A stretch of DNA of 64,000 bases from Chrysomallon squamiferum. Taxonomy: Eukaryota; Animalia; Mollusca. The stretch is from assembly GCA_012295275.1 (NCBI GenBank), contig CM022666.1, forward strand, positions 744,001-808,000, written 5' to 3'. Below are positions 26,464 to 38,025 of this stretch, piece after piece (positions within the stretch are counted from its first letter, which is position 1; each line of letters opens with the position of its first letter). Both the position numbers and the translations under genes were made by a program. The notes under the pieces were generated by a model. It made no database searches. It was not told the origin of the DNA and saw nothing but the letters and a program-made list of their open reading frames with translations.

Positions 26464-28985
26464 GAAGAATCATGTTTAAGTTATGACATTCACATCAAAA
26501 ATGTTTTTAAAGTAAAGGAAATGTGCTATCAAAATAATGATGACATAATTTACATGATCACCCATTACTTTGATGAAGACAAGGTGGAGATCTAAGGATT
26601 TTTAAAAATGTTTCCATTCGAAATTTTGCATTTGTTATTAACAAAAACGATGTTTATTCCAGTCACATTCCACATTAATGTTTTTTGTCGAGTATTCCGA
26701 TGCGTTGTTCAGAGATATAATTAATTAAATTAGTTGTTGGTTGTTTTGATAAGAAAGCTTGAAAAAGTTATATGTGCCCTTTTTTTTTCTTTTTGAGAGG
26801 AGCATTGGCAGTGTGACCTGATAAGTGGGGATAAGTATTTATTTATTTATATATTATTATTTTTTTAATCGATTGCATAAAACAATCTTTTTACCGTTAT
26901 AACTTAAATGTTTGGGAGGTTAAAGGGAAGTAACTCTGATATATAACTAGATAGTCGAGGCATCGAATATAATACAAGCTTTCAGAATTTAATCATTTTA
27001 ATAATTAAATTATATTGATTTAGTTTTATTGTCATATAGTTTTTAGTCGAACATGTATGCCAGTACCGATTACGCTGTTGCACCACGTGCATGCGATAAT
27101 TTCTACTTATCCTCGGAATTTCGATCGAAGTAAATAGTCGAGAATAAGAACTAACAAGTAGTCGAGACAGATATTAATTTTAAATCAAGAATTTGAGGTT
27201 CCATAAATATTTATGTTTTTATATTACGTAAAAATTATTAATATTATTATGCTCTTTTTTTTTTTTTTTTTTTTTTTTTAGGAAAAATGAAAGTTTCAAG
27301 CTGGTAATGGACGTACAAATATCTTCATTCACTGTAATGAAAAATGTAGTACGATTGGCAGAAGTGGGACGGCAGTGGTGCATACCGATTATTTTGCTTT
27401 GCAAAACGGTCCGAGCCCAAATCGTTATAGATTAATATTAGATTTGTATACAGATTGAGATTCTTACACGATACGAAGTGCTGATTAATGACCATTATAT
27501 TACTATCGACCTCAATTTATGTAAAAAAAAAAAAAAAAAAAAATGTATCACAATAAAAGAATATTATTTATTATGTCCAGACACCACTAAAAACGGTTGT
27601 CCAGTATCTATCTACATTTCAAGATTTTCCAGAGGGAAGTATACAAATTATCAACATTGCTAGTGCGTGCTTCAGTGTCATAATCGTTCTGGTGGTCTTG
27701 TGGAGTGAAAGAAAGGTAGTATCAAGATATTTATAGGACGAATATCGGAAATAAAATGCTTTAAAAATTATCTTCTTTTTTTTTTTTCCTTTCTTTTTTA
27801 AGAAAAAGGTAATGTAAGAAATAATCTAGTTTTGTATTAAAAGAATGAAAGTACGTACATTTCCCATTCGTATTCCAAACTAATTATAAATTTCACATAA
27901 AGTGTGAATACTTGTCTTTTAGAACCCAATCAGTTTTGGGAAGTTTCGTATTAAGATGAAGTGTGCACAACATATGTTTTGAGTAAGATGAAATGTTTTT
28001 GATCAGTGAAACAAAATGTCAGATGGACTATAGTGAGAAACCATGCGAAAGGAATGTTCCTAAACATTTATCTGTTGGGAAATATACTGGCAAATGATTA
28101 GAACGATAACGACGAATTTATTCCTCTTTTTTTTTTTTTTTTTTTTTTTAAAATCTTTTTCTTATGTTCATATTCTCTGCTGCCGATTTTTCTTGTCGGA
28201 TTATAGCTTGGTAATGTTTTTCAACATGTGAAGTTCAGTAACTGTCAAGGATGGAGTCACAAATTAATCAGTATGTTGGGATGTTACTGTTATGGTAATA
28301 TACAAATGTATGTCCAGAACAATATCAGGACAGTGAGAACAGATGCAGATCAGTTCCAGAAACGTAACCCAGATCATTATACTATTCTGATCAAACTGAA
28401 TTTTAACATTGTATTATCTAAATACACTCACATTTCTCTCGTACTATTGAATTTCACATTTCTTTCGCTCGAAAAATCATATTAATGTGTGTGAATTTTC
28501 TATTACATCTGTCAGTTAATTTGAAAACCTCTTATTTCTTTATTCTTCCCGTTTGGTTCCGTTCACCGATGAACTGTACACATTAAAATTCTAGTTCAAG
28601 TAGACCATCTATAATTTTTTAAATAGGAAGACAGTTTATAAATTTTTACCTCAAAATGTGTTATATAAATTAAAACGATGTGGAAATTCATTTATCTGTA
28701 GAGTTTTATCGAACATTTCTGATATTTACGAACAAACATAGGAATAAAAAATGTTGCTGTATTCATTTTTTTGTGTTTTTGTTTTGAACGGTCATTTAAT
28801 TCAAGATACGTTTCCATGTTTTATTATCTGATTTTTAATCCAAAATAACTGAATATGATTATAAATCAAAACCAGTAAGTCGAAAACCAGAAACATCTTT
28901 GGGAATTACTATCTCATTTTTTTTTTTTTTTTTTTTGAAGTTCATCTTTGGGAATTACTATCTCATCTTTCATGTAACTTTAAAA

Positions 28986-29308
28986 TGCGCATGCGCTCTA
29001 TGCGAATAAAAACTTCCGCTACCTTCGGAAGAACCAAAAAAAGTACAAAGGAGGGGGTGGCAAAAGTGTGGTTTATATTTAAATTGAATAAAGTGTTTAT
29101 TTTATGTTTCAAGACAACCAAGTAGTTGGCCCCGGGCATCACCAGACCTCAGCACGCCAATGATTCTACGGGCGACACGCTTTCACGTTCAATGTCTCTA
29201 CGCATTATGCGATGACGTCAAATATAAATGACGTCATAACTTTAGGAGCACTGTTTAAGTGCGCAAATAAAGAAGTCGAGGAGCATGAGACAAGGTACTG
29301 CCATTTTG
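28986..29308 (+). promoter_or_regulatory. Candidate promoter and first exon of GT47 paralog 3
   Basis: CpG-rich patch with NRF1-like TGCGCATGCGC (28986), ETS-like ACTTCCG (29012), two CRE TGACGTCA (29213, 29229) flanking TATAAA (29223), donor AAG|gtactg at 29294, and YY1-like GCCATTTTG (29300). Confidence 0.55.
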
Positions 29309-29620
29309 AAAGGGTCAGGAAGCGTCATGAGAATAACTTTTAAAAGTTGGTTTGGGAAGAAAATTATATTTGCATTTCTTTTATTAGAGTTAAAAATGTC
29401 AAAAATTTAGTTGTAAATGAATAAGAAATTAAAAAAAAAAAAAAAAAAGATTATATTGTCACTGCCACAATGTTTATAAATTTTGAGAGCTGAAAAAGAA
29501 TTCGATCCATTAAAAATTAATATTCCATTCTGTTAAATTATTATAAACCAAATTCTAATTTTGATATATGAATTATAAGTGTGTTGTTGTTGTTTATATA
29601 TATATATATATATATATATA

Positions 29621-29967
29621 CAGTATAACCTGTTCGCGGTTCCGCATTCGCGGGTTAGGCTCAACCCTATCGCATCGTATGCTGGTATACCAGGCGAGCG
29701 TCATAACGTCATAAAAACAAATGCTCGGTAAACCGCACAAACAATATCAATTTTTTTCAATTATTATTGCAATTGAGTACGTATTTTTTTATAAATGCAT
29801 ACACTGTATGTGTGCATATTTTTTGTTGTTTTTATATATATATAAGAAACTTTAAATTTGTTCCAAAAAATACCTACGGTAAAAAACACTGATTAAAAAA
29901 TACAAAATTTATTATTATTATTATTATTATTATTTATTAGACGTTTTATTATTATTAGGGAATACTG
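29621..29967. mobile_element. Degenerate pogo/Tigger-like non-autonomous DNA transposon
   Basis: Left end TA|CAGTATAACCT.. and right end ..AGGGAATACTG|TA form an imperfect inverted repeat. Subterminal ttcgcggttccgcattcgcgg resembles Tigger/MER44-type termini as recalled. Confidence 0.45.
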
Positions 29968-30013
29968 TATATAAGAAACTAAAAAATACCTAAAAAAAAA
30001 CATAAAATTATTA

Positions 30014-30047
<34 letters not shown>

Positions 30048-32301
30048 GATTTAAAAGAAAGTAAAAGAACAACTATTTCCCCATGTCATTTATGTTGGAT
30101 GTTAATATGAAGTGAATAAACTTAAATATAAATATCACTTTTTTTAGATAGCAAATAATCAATCAACTTATTTATTTATTTGTTTATTTATTCTGTAAAT
30201 GGATAAATACATATAATAGTATTAAAACTAACATATTAACAACTGTTTTGTCTATATACTTACAAAGACCTTAGGGCTTTATGGAATCCTGCACAGATTA
30301 TTTGATTTTTAAAATTTGTTTCCTTTTTTTTTTTTTTTTTTTTTTTTTTCTGTCATTATTTCAGTATATTTATTAACAAAGCACTGATGAATTATTTCTA
30401 AAAGAAATTTTCCATAATATAACTGACCAAAGAAAACAACAAATAAAATGTTCCTTTTCTTTATGGCTTTGAATTTTATCTGAATTTCAAGTTTTATAAA
30501 CAAATAGAGGGTTTTTATTTTATTTTTCCTTTATTGATAGCTGAGATCACAGGAGCTAGTTGTATAAAATGTTTTTCTCTTTACAAACACGAGCAATTAA
30601 ATGATGCTTGCAGATTTAATCTAACATTTTTTTAAAATAAGAGTGTCGACAGCAAAGTTCTTTTCGTTTACAATCAAGACACTCCAGCTAACATTTAAAA
30701 AATATTTTTATCAATTTCTACTTTTATTTATTATTATTATTTTGTTTTTAACTGCTTGTGGTTCTGATTGCTCAGGTTTAAGAACATGAATATATTCATT
30801 AGTGATGTAAAAGAAACAAAAAATTGAAATCATGTTTATAAACTTTATGTCTTTTGTTTCTTAGAAATGCTATCATTCCAGAAATCTTTTTTTTTTTTAA
30901 AGTGTAATAAAGGGATTGCTGTTTGTGGAATATTTTTAAATAAACCAGTATATTATAAATACATTTTAATGGTAATTTAAATATATGCATAACTGAATTT
31001 ATTATTTATTATTTATTTGTTTAAAAGTAATTTGCAGTTATATTTTTTTGTGATTCAGTTCCCTAGTAATAAAAATAATAATAATAACAAAATATTTTAA
31101 CTTTAAATGTTAACATGAATTGTTTTAGTTATAAAAGAAAAGAAAAAAGAATTAATAAAATTAAAGTAACTAGGTAAACTGATTTTTTTTTTTTTTTTTT
31201 TTTTTTTTGCATTTTTCACGTGTACCTGTCTTTAAAGGTTTAAATGTTTATCTCAAACTTTTTTCGATCATGCACCATCTCAACCCCTAAAACAATTTGA
31301 TGTTCTTTTTCACATAAAAACCAACCACGATCTGAATGTTTTAAAATGAGTATTAGATCTATATGATCTTATTCATTAACACAGTTCATAAAACTAGATA
31401 CATTTTATTTAATAATTTACTTATTTTGCATGGCAGGATTTCTTCAATATTAATATTAATGGCTTCTGAATATTCCTATTCAAATGTGTGTGGCAACAAT
31501 GCTGTAAAGAATGGCTTGAAGTTGACTTGTTTCAATGACTTTTACCTATGTAATTAGAAGCTTGTAAAGTTTTTTTATGAACAGAATTGTGTCTTGCATG
31601 TTCAAATAGCAACATTTAAAGCTTTATTAGTACAGCTTATACAATTATACCTTTTATGTGGTTTATATCAATGTAACTATAATATATAAATTGAGTGCTT
31701 GAAGCATACTCCTGGAACAAAAAATAATAATAACGAAAAAACAATTTTGAATGTGTTAGCATATTGTCTGTTCTGCAGTGCAGTGGTCATTGTCTACAAA
31801 GTCTAAGTCAGGATATAGAATTATAATCCATGATGTAGACAAGAATAACCATTACTTTGTGTTTCCAATATACTATTGTAAGTCTCTCATTGTTTCTTCC
31901 TGAGAATTGTATTAGCCAAGCATAATGGTCTTACATAAGCAAAAACAGGGTTCCATTTTTATCTTGCACCTGATTTTTAACTGAACTTGAAAACATTTAC
32001 ATTCCATCTTCTTCAAAACTGATATGTTGTTTATAATCTACTTCTCACATGAAGCATTTGTTATTTTGAAATTAATCGCATTTTTGTCAAACAAGTGTTA
32101 TTAAATCGGACTATATTACTATGTAAAATGTGAACATGATCAACAACAGGTTAACAGGAATGCAAATTAGTGTGAAATTTAATATGTCTTATGTTGTCAC
32201 AGTCATTGACATACTTCAGAGTCTAGTACATTGTGAACAGAATCAAACTGATTTCTAATCTAATATACATTTTCAATCTATTCTTTTTCATTACAGGTAC
32301 G

Positions 32302-32426
32302 ATGTTGATACTGTTAAGGAAAAGATGTTCTCTCAGAAGCTTCCTCTATTTACTGATGTTCACAAGTTGTGTATTTGGATTTGTATCATATTCTGCCCTG
32401 AAGTCTAGTCATTTTGATTACATAAG
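32302..32426 (+). CDS. GT47 paralog 3, signal-anchor exon (MLILLRKRCSLRSFLYLLMFTSCVFGFVSYSALKSSHFDYIR)
   Basis: Acceptor cattacag at 32296, ATG at 32302, basic then hydrophobic residues, phase-2 donor AG|gtaacc. Confidence 0.87.
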
Positions 32427-33695
32427 GTAACCAGAAAAAAAACTTGTCAATCCTCTTCATTCTGATATAATGTTATATGTACATGTAAATGTTCCATACA
32501 AAATATATTAGGCCGTTAAAATCTCCCATCACAGGTGTTTTTACTACACCTATATCATTAAATAGTTTAAAACTATGATCATAAACAAATGTTATCTGTC
32601 CAGAATATAGAATTATGGTAATTTAAATGTAATAGAGTTTTAGACATATCTTCCTTTTATGAACACACACGTTGTTCATGCATTATTTATTATTCTTTTA
32701 TAAACTATCTTTTTTTCGACATGAACAAATATAATTCATTTGCCATTTATGATTTTATACAAAATGCTAATTTAAATATTATACACATATCCAGCTAAAT
32801 TGTTACCTTTCTTTGATACCTAACAGCTGATATATTTTTCATCCTGGGGTGTGGTAAAACATCCTTTCATTCATTCATTCTGTTATTCATTCATATCCAG
32901 CTACAGATTTTAAAGTTTAACCATGGGTTATATGAACATATGTGTTATTTATGGATCATTTACAATTCTATCATAATTTTTATATCTTTGTACAAACACA
33001 TCTTTTAAATATTTTAAAGTGTACCTCTGTTTATATGAACAAATATTATCCATCGTTTCAATGGCAAATTGTATCCTTACACAGACCTTTCTTAATATTT
33101 ATTTCAAAGCCTACATTTGTTTCAGTGAACTAATGTTACACATGCAGAATCATTTATGATCCTAACATTGCTTTTAATTCTTTGTAATGTACAAATAATT
33201 TAAAGTCTACCTATGTTCACATGAACAATTATTATTCAAGCATCACTTATGAATCTGTTACTGTTATTTCTCTGCAATACACAGACTGAGTTATATATTA
33301 CTTCAGTTTTACAAACTAGTCAAAATGTGTCTTCTTGTAAATGATTTGTTTTGTTTGTGTCTGGATCTAGCAACGTTTGCTAATGAAATATAACAAATAT
33401 CAAGCCAGACGGTTTCTGGGTTTTTTCTCATTTTTACATTTCTCAGTGCTTCGTATTAGTTTTTGAAATTACCTGTCAAGTCCATTTAGTGTGATGCTTT
33501 ATATTCATTTATCCAGGTAAATAATGTTTGGATGGTGTATAATTATTATTTTTTCAATTATTTTCAATTTTTTTATTTTAACTGTTCAGATACGAAACCA
33601 GTGTAGTTACCTGCTGTAACTAAAACATTTGTTTTAAATATTAGTAATGTAATGTCAGTCAGGATTTAAAAAAAAAAAATCTTCTTTTACTTTAG

Positions 33696-35136
33696 AAACA
33701 TTGCATATTCCCCCAAGATATTTTTGAAAGAAACCTCAGAAAATGAAAATCAGGCAACTGAAGTGGAAACTCCAACTTCGAATCCACAACTGTTCAATGA
33801 AGTGACAGATCACAGATTGAAATTCAGTGCTCCAAGTGACACACTCACAACACAAGGCAGTCACAATATCAGCCGATCTGGCAAAGTTGCATACGATGTC
33901 AATGCATCATTACCCAGGAAACATTCATTTGTGAAGACATTTGGTCGAAAGCCCATACGTATTTACATTTATGAACTGACCAGTGAGTTCAACAGCGACA
34001 TTATAAACTGTATTCAACATGTGAATTCCTCGTTTAAAACAGAGCACTGCACCGACTATTCCAACGATGGAATGGGTAAATTTCTGTTCAAAGACAATGA
34101 GATGTCTGTGCACAGCACACACCAGTATGCCCTCGACGTCATTCTACATCATCAGCTTCTGAACAGCAAATACCGGACAGACAATGCTTCAGAGGCTGAC
34201 GTGTTCTATGTTCCTGCCTACCTGGGGCTGTATAAATACTGTGACAGTCACAACGTCACGTTGTCGAAGCTGGTGAACATACTGTTTGACTTTCTGAACG
34301 AGATGCCGTATTTTCAAGACAGAAAGCCGCACATTGTAACAATGACGTCTTCTGAACAAGAGAACACTAAAACCATCCTCTCTCACCCCGACTGGAAGAG
34401 GATGATCCAGGTCATTCCCGAGAAAGCCAGTGCGAAGTATCGAAAAAAGTTCAACATTTCCGACAACAAAGTAATCATCGCTCCATATCCGTCGCACATA
34501 CACCTGAATTATTCAACTGAAGACAGCTCAGACGTCAGCCTCTTGTATCCGCCCGACAGGAACGTTTTCCTGTTCTGGGCTACACATATGCACAGAAAAA
34601 TGTCAATGGGTGGGTTGCTAGTGAACGAGTTCCCGCTGAAGACGGAGGACACGTACAGTGATTTTATTCAAAACATGCCAAACGACACCCAGGAGCAGGT
34701 GCTGCTGATAACGTGGGACTGCTCTGATCACTACAACAAGGCCATACAGTGGATGAAGCACTCAGTGTTCTGTCTGCATGTTGTCGGAGACGTACCGAAA
34801 TTCAAGGCAATCTACGACTCCATTGTCTGTGGATGCATCCCTGTTGTCTTAGAGCTGCCGAAACAGTCGTTTGAATTTCCTTTCGAAAAGCTACTGAATT
34901 ACAACAAATTCATGGTGCGCCACCAGTTATCACTGTCAGGAGAAGTAGACGAAAATATTCTTATCTTAAGTTATCTGAAGGACATATCGGATTATTCAAT
35001 AATGAAACTCCACAGACATTTAAGAGAAGTAATGTATCTCTTCCAGTACCCGCTTATTTCCAAAGAACAAGAAGCCAAAAAGGAAAGTGCCGTAGATATG
35101 ATTGTTGGAGAAATAGCAGAGATGGGCAACCAGTAG
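33696..35136 (+). CDS. GT47 glycosyltransferase paralog 3, stem and catalytic exon with divergent C-terminal motif; ~521 aa spliced
   Basis: Acceptor cttttactttag|A in frame with the 33724 ORF. Motifs RIYIYELTSEFNSD, DYSNDGMG, THQYALDVILH, APYPSHIH, FCLHVVGDVPKFKAIYDSIVCGCIPVV. Confidence 0.92.
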
Positions 35137-36880
35137 ATTGAGGGAAGTTTACGTCACGGTTTTACTACAATTCACTTTATTCTGTATGTCTTCACGTGTG
35201 TTACAGTTTTATCAGTGTTTATCAGCTTCAAGAGAATTTACATCACTTCCACTGAGTCAAGTCCAGCTTTCCTAGTATATCAGTATAAATATTTCTCTTC
35301 AGTTTCACCAATACATTTATTTCTGTTTGTATGTAATTATTTTTAATTTTAATTCTACATAAAATATAAGTTCTGTTATTTTCAATTTTATCCATGTACA
35401 ACTTTTATTGGATTGATTATTTTCAGGTTGGTTTTTTTTGCATTTACTTAATTCTGATGGACTGCTTATTTTTAATTTTACTAATGTACATATTATTTTG
35501 TTTCCTTCCCCATTTTTTTATTTCAACACATATTTCTGCTGCATTATTTCAGTTAATTTATTGTTGTGTTTTTCTTTTGTAAAATATTATTTTTACGTAT
35601 TTTGATAGAAATGAAGTGAAATAAATCTATGAATTAAATGATGACAAACCTACTATTTTCGTATCTAAATGTAAAACTTTTCTACAACAACACTATCTAA
35701 TAAAATGCTGGAAAATGTTTGACCTTTTTTTATTTTACTCACTCACACAGACACAAACACATATTTTAATTCATTTGTTCTTTTCTTTTTCATTCTTAAT
35801 ATAGAACAAACATCTACAATTCATTTTCTTTTTTATAAATTCAATTTATATAAATTTCTCTTCTTTAAATGAAATAAAATAAATGTACAGATTTGGGAAA
35901 ACTATATTTCTTTCATAGCTGCTAGGAAGTAAGGTGACCTAGGTCACACTGTCACAATCTATTCTGACATGGGTCACATTCACTAAGGAATTTTGCAAAA
36001 AAGTATATTTGATGAAGTCACAACAGCAATAAGTGTGTGTGTGTGTGCGTGTGTGTGTGTGTGTGTGTGTGCGTGCGTGTGTGTGTGTGTGTGTGTGTGG
36101 TTTGCTAATAACATAAAATGTACCATTAGTGATACTAGTCTACAGGTATTTTGCACACTTCCATTTTATGCTTTATTTGCTTTTTTCACATACTATTTAA
36201 TTAATAATGAAGAATAACAACAAAAGATTTGAGTTTAAAAATACCATAAAATGTTATCTTCCACACAGATAATTTTTTAAAACATGTTTAAAACGAGCAA
36301 ATTCATATAATAATGAGGAGTCTATGTAGGAAACATATTATTTATTGTTAATTTTTTAATAATAATTAAAATGTCTTCTTTTTTTTTTTTTTTTTGGCCT
36401 ACACTGACCAAAGTGACCAGAGGTGCTATGGTATTCTAGAAGACTTGAAAGTTAGAGGCAGCAGTCTGTGTTTGCTTATCTCTTCGTGTCTACACATTTA
36501 TTAACACTTTGTACATATTTACAGTTAACTTGTATAAATATTTGTTTTAAGTATTTTGAATGTTTCAGAACTTTGCTCATAATAAAGCCATTCAGATTAA
36601 ATTAAAGTTTGTTGTTTATGCATTTAATAATGTTCTGGGCATGGAGTTGATGGTGATTCAGAATAATTTTAATTGTTTGTGTTTTACCTTTTATTATAAC
36701 AAATTCTTTTTCATTATCAAATTGTATCATGTTCTGCATCTTGTATTTCAAATATTCTTATTTGTGAAAAAAATATAAAAATATAAAATTTTCTAGGAAA
36801 AAATATTTTATAAAAATATATATATATATAAAAAATAGCCACATCGTCTAAAAGTTTAAAAACAACGTTAAGAAACTTAC

Positions 36881-36979
36881 CGGAATGGGAAAAGCATGCA
36901 CACTGTCGTCAAGGAACTGGACTCGAATGTTGACATGCTTTCCTTTGCGTGGTGACTTCGGAGAGAGGGGATCGGCCAT
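36881..36979 (-). CDS. FARP: FARP first coding exon (MADPLSPKSPRKGKHVNIRVQFLDDSVHAFPIP); exon starts at 37028
   Basis: Acceptor tggtttcag at 37029 and an in-frame upstream TGA. Start context ggaATGG; FERM-N start IRVQFLDD; donor CCG|gtaagt in phase 0 matches the exon at 13134. Confidence 0.92.
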
Positions 36980-37284
36980 TCCTGTCCCTGTCACGTGTTT
37001 ATCCTGCCGTCATTGCTTCATCACCCAGCTGAAACCACAACAACTCAGTATTTTTAGGAGAGAAAACAGAACTCAAGGATCACTACTTTCTAATACATGA
37101 ATAAATGAATGAATGAGTAATTGTAATAATAATAATAATAACTGAAAACATAGTAAGTTTATCAGACTGATATTAATTTTTTTTTTTTTTTTTTTTTTTT
37201 ATAAATTTTGCTTATTATGTAAAATTGTAAAATAAAATAAAATAAAACTACCTTTAGAAAATAACATTATTGTAAAAACAATTT

Positions 37285-37323
<39 letters not shown>

Positions 37324-37904
37324 TTTATTTTATTTTATTTTTTTTTTTTTTTTTCAAGTTTACATTTTTAAAAACATTTATATATTTTTGCAATGAAGGG
37401 GGGGTAAATGTAGTTATGAATATAATCATTTTGAAATATAATAAAACAAAATCTTCTATAAAAAATATTCTAGTATTATTTTAAGCTGGATTAACAAAAA
37501 AATTCAAAACAGAATTTAATAGCCCTGTTAAAGCTTTTATTAACTCTTCAAAGTCATCCACCAAACCAGACACAATGAAAAAAAAAAAAAATATATATAT
37601 ATATAAAAAAAACATTTAGCTAACTTGTATGTAACATTGCAAAAGACAATATTTCAAAACAAAATCAATGCAAGCATGTTTGAACAGTTGGTGGTATTTG
37701 TACTTGGAAGTAAAATCTGTATTTAGTTTTTCAAGACTGAGAGTGTAAGCAAACAGGTAAATGTAGAACAGATCAGAGCCTTGGAAATAAGAAATTTGTG
37801 TTTTTGTGTATAAAATTATTTTTACATACAAATTTTTATTTGACATAATTACAGAATTATTCACATCAGAACATTTCAATTTAACTTTTTTTGTTTTATT
37901 TAGA

Positions 37905-38025
<121 letters not shown>

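Larger units (their letters stand above)
1878..37028 (-). other. FARP: FARP/Cdep-like gene (FERM, ARHGEF and PH domain protein), 5' part; continues beyond the left edge
   Basis: Spliced exons with GT-AG boundaries and matching phases (except the missing exon 5) encode FERM plus FERM-adjacent sequence, e.g. [87 protein letters not shown]. These match FARP1/2 and Drosophila Cdep as I recall them. The DH/PH exons are not in the window. Confidence 0.9.

Noticed and set aside
33925-34503. Antisense ORFs within paralog 3 (and 21316-21516 within paralog 1)
   Set aside because: Shadow ORFs of GC-richer coding sequence.
19937-35136. Plant or algal contamination as the source of the GT47 genes
   Set aside because: They sit between in-phase exons of a metazoan FARP gene, and their introns share the host's composition and microsatellites.
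35934-35947. 14-bp palindrome GTGACCTAGGTCAC (nuclear-receptor half sites)
   Set aside because: Single isolated motif with no other support.
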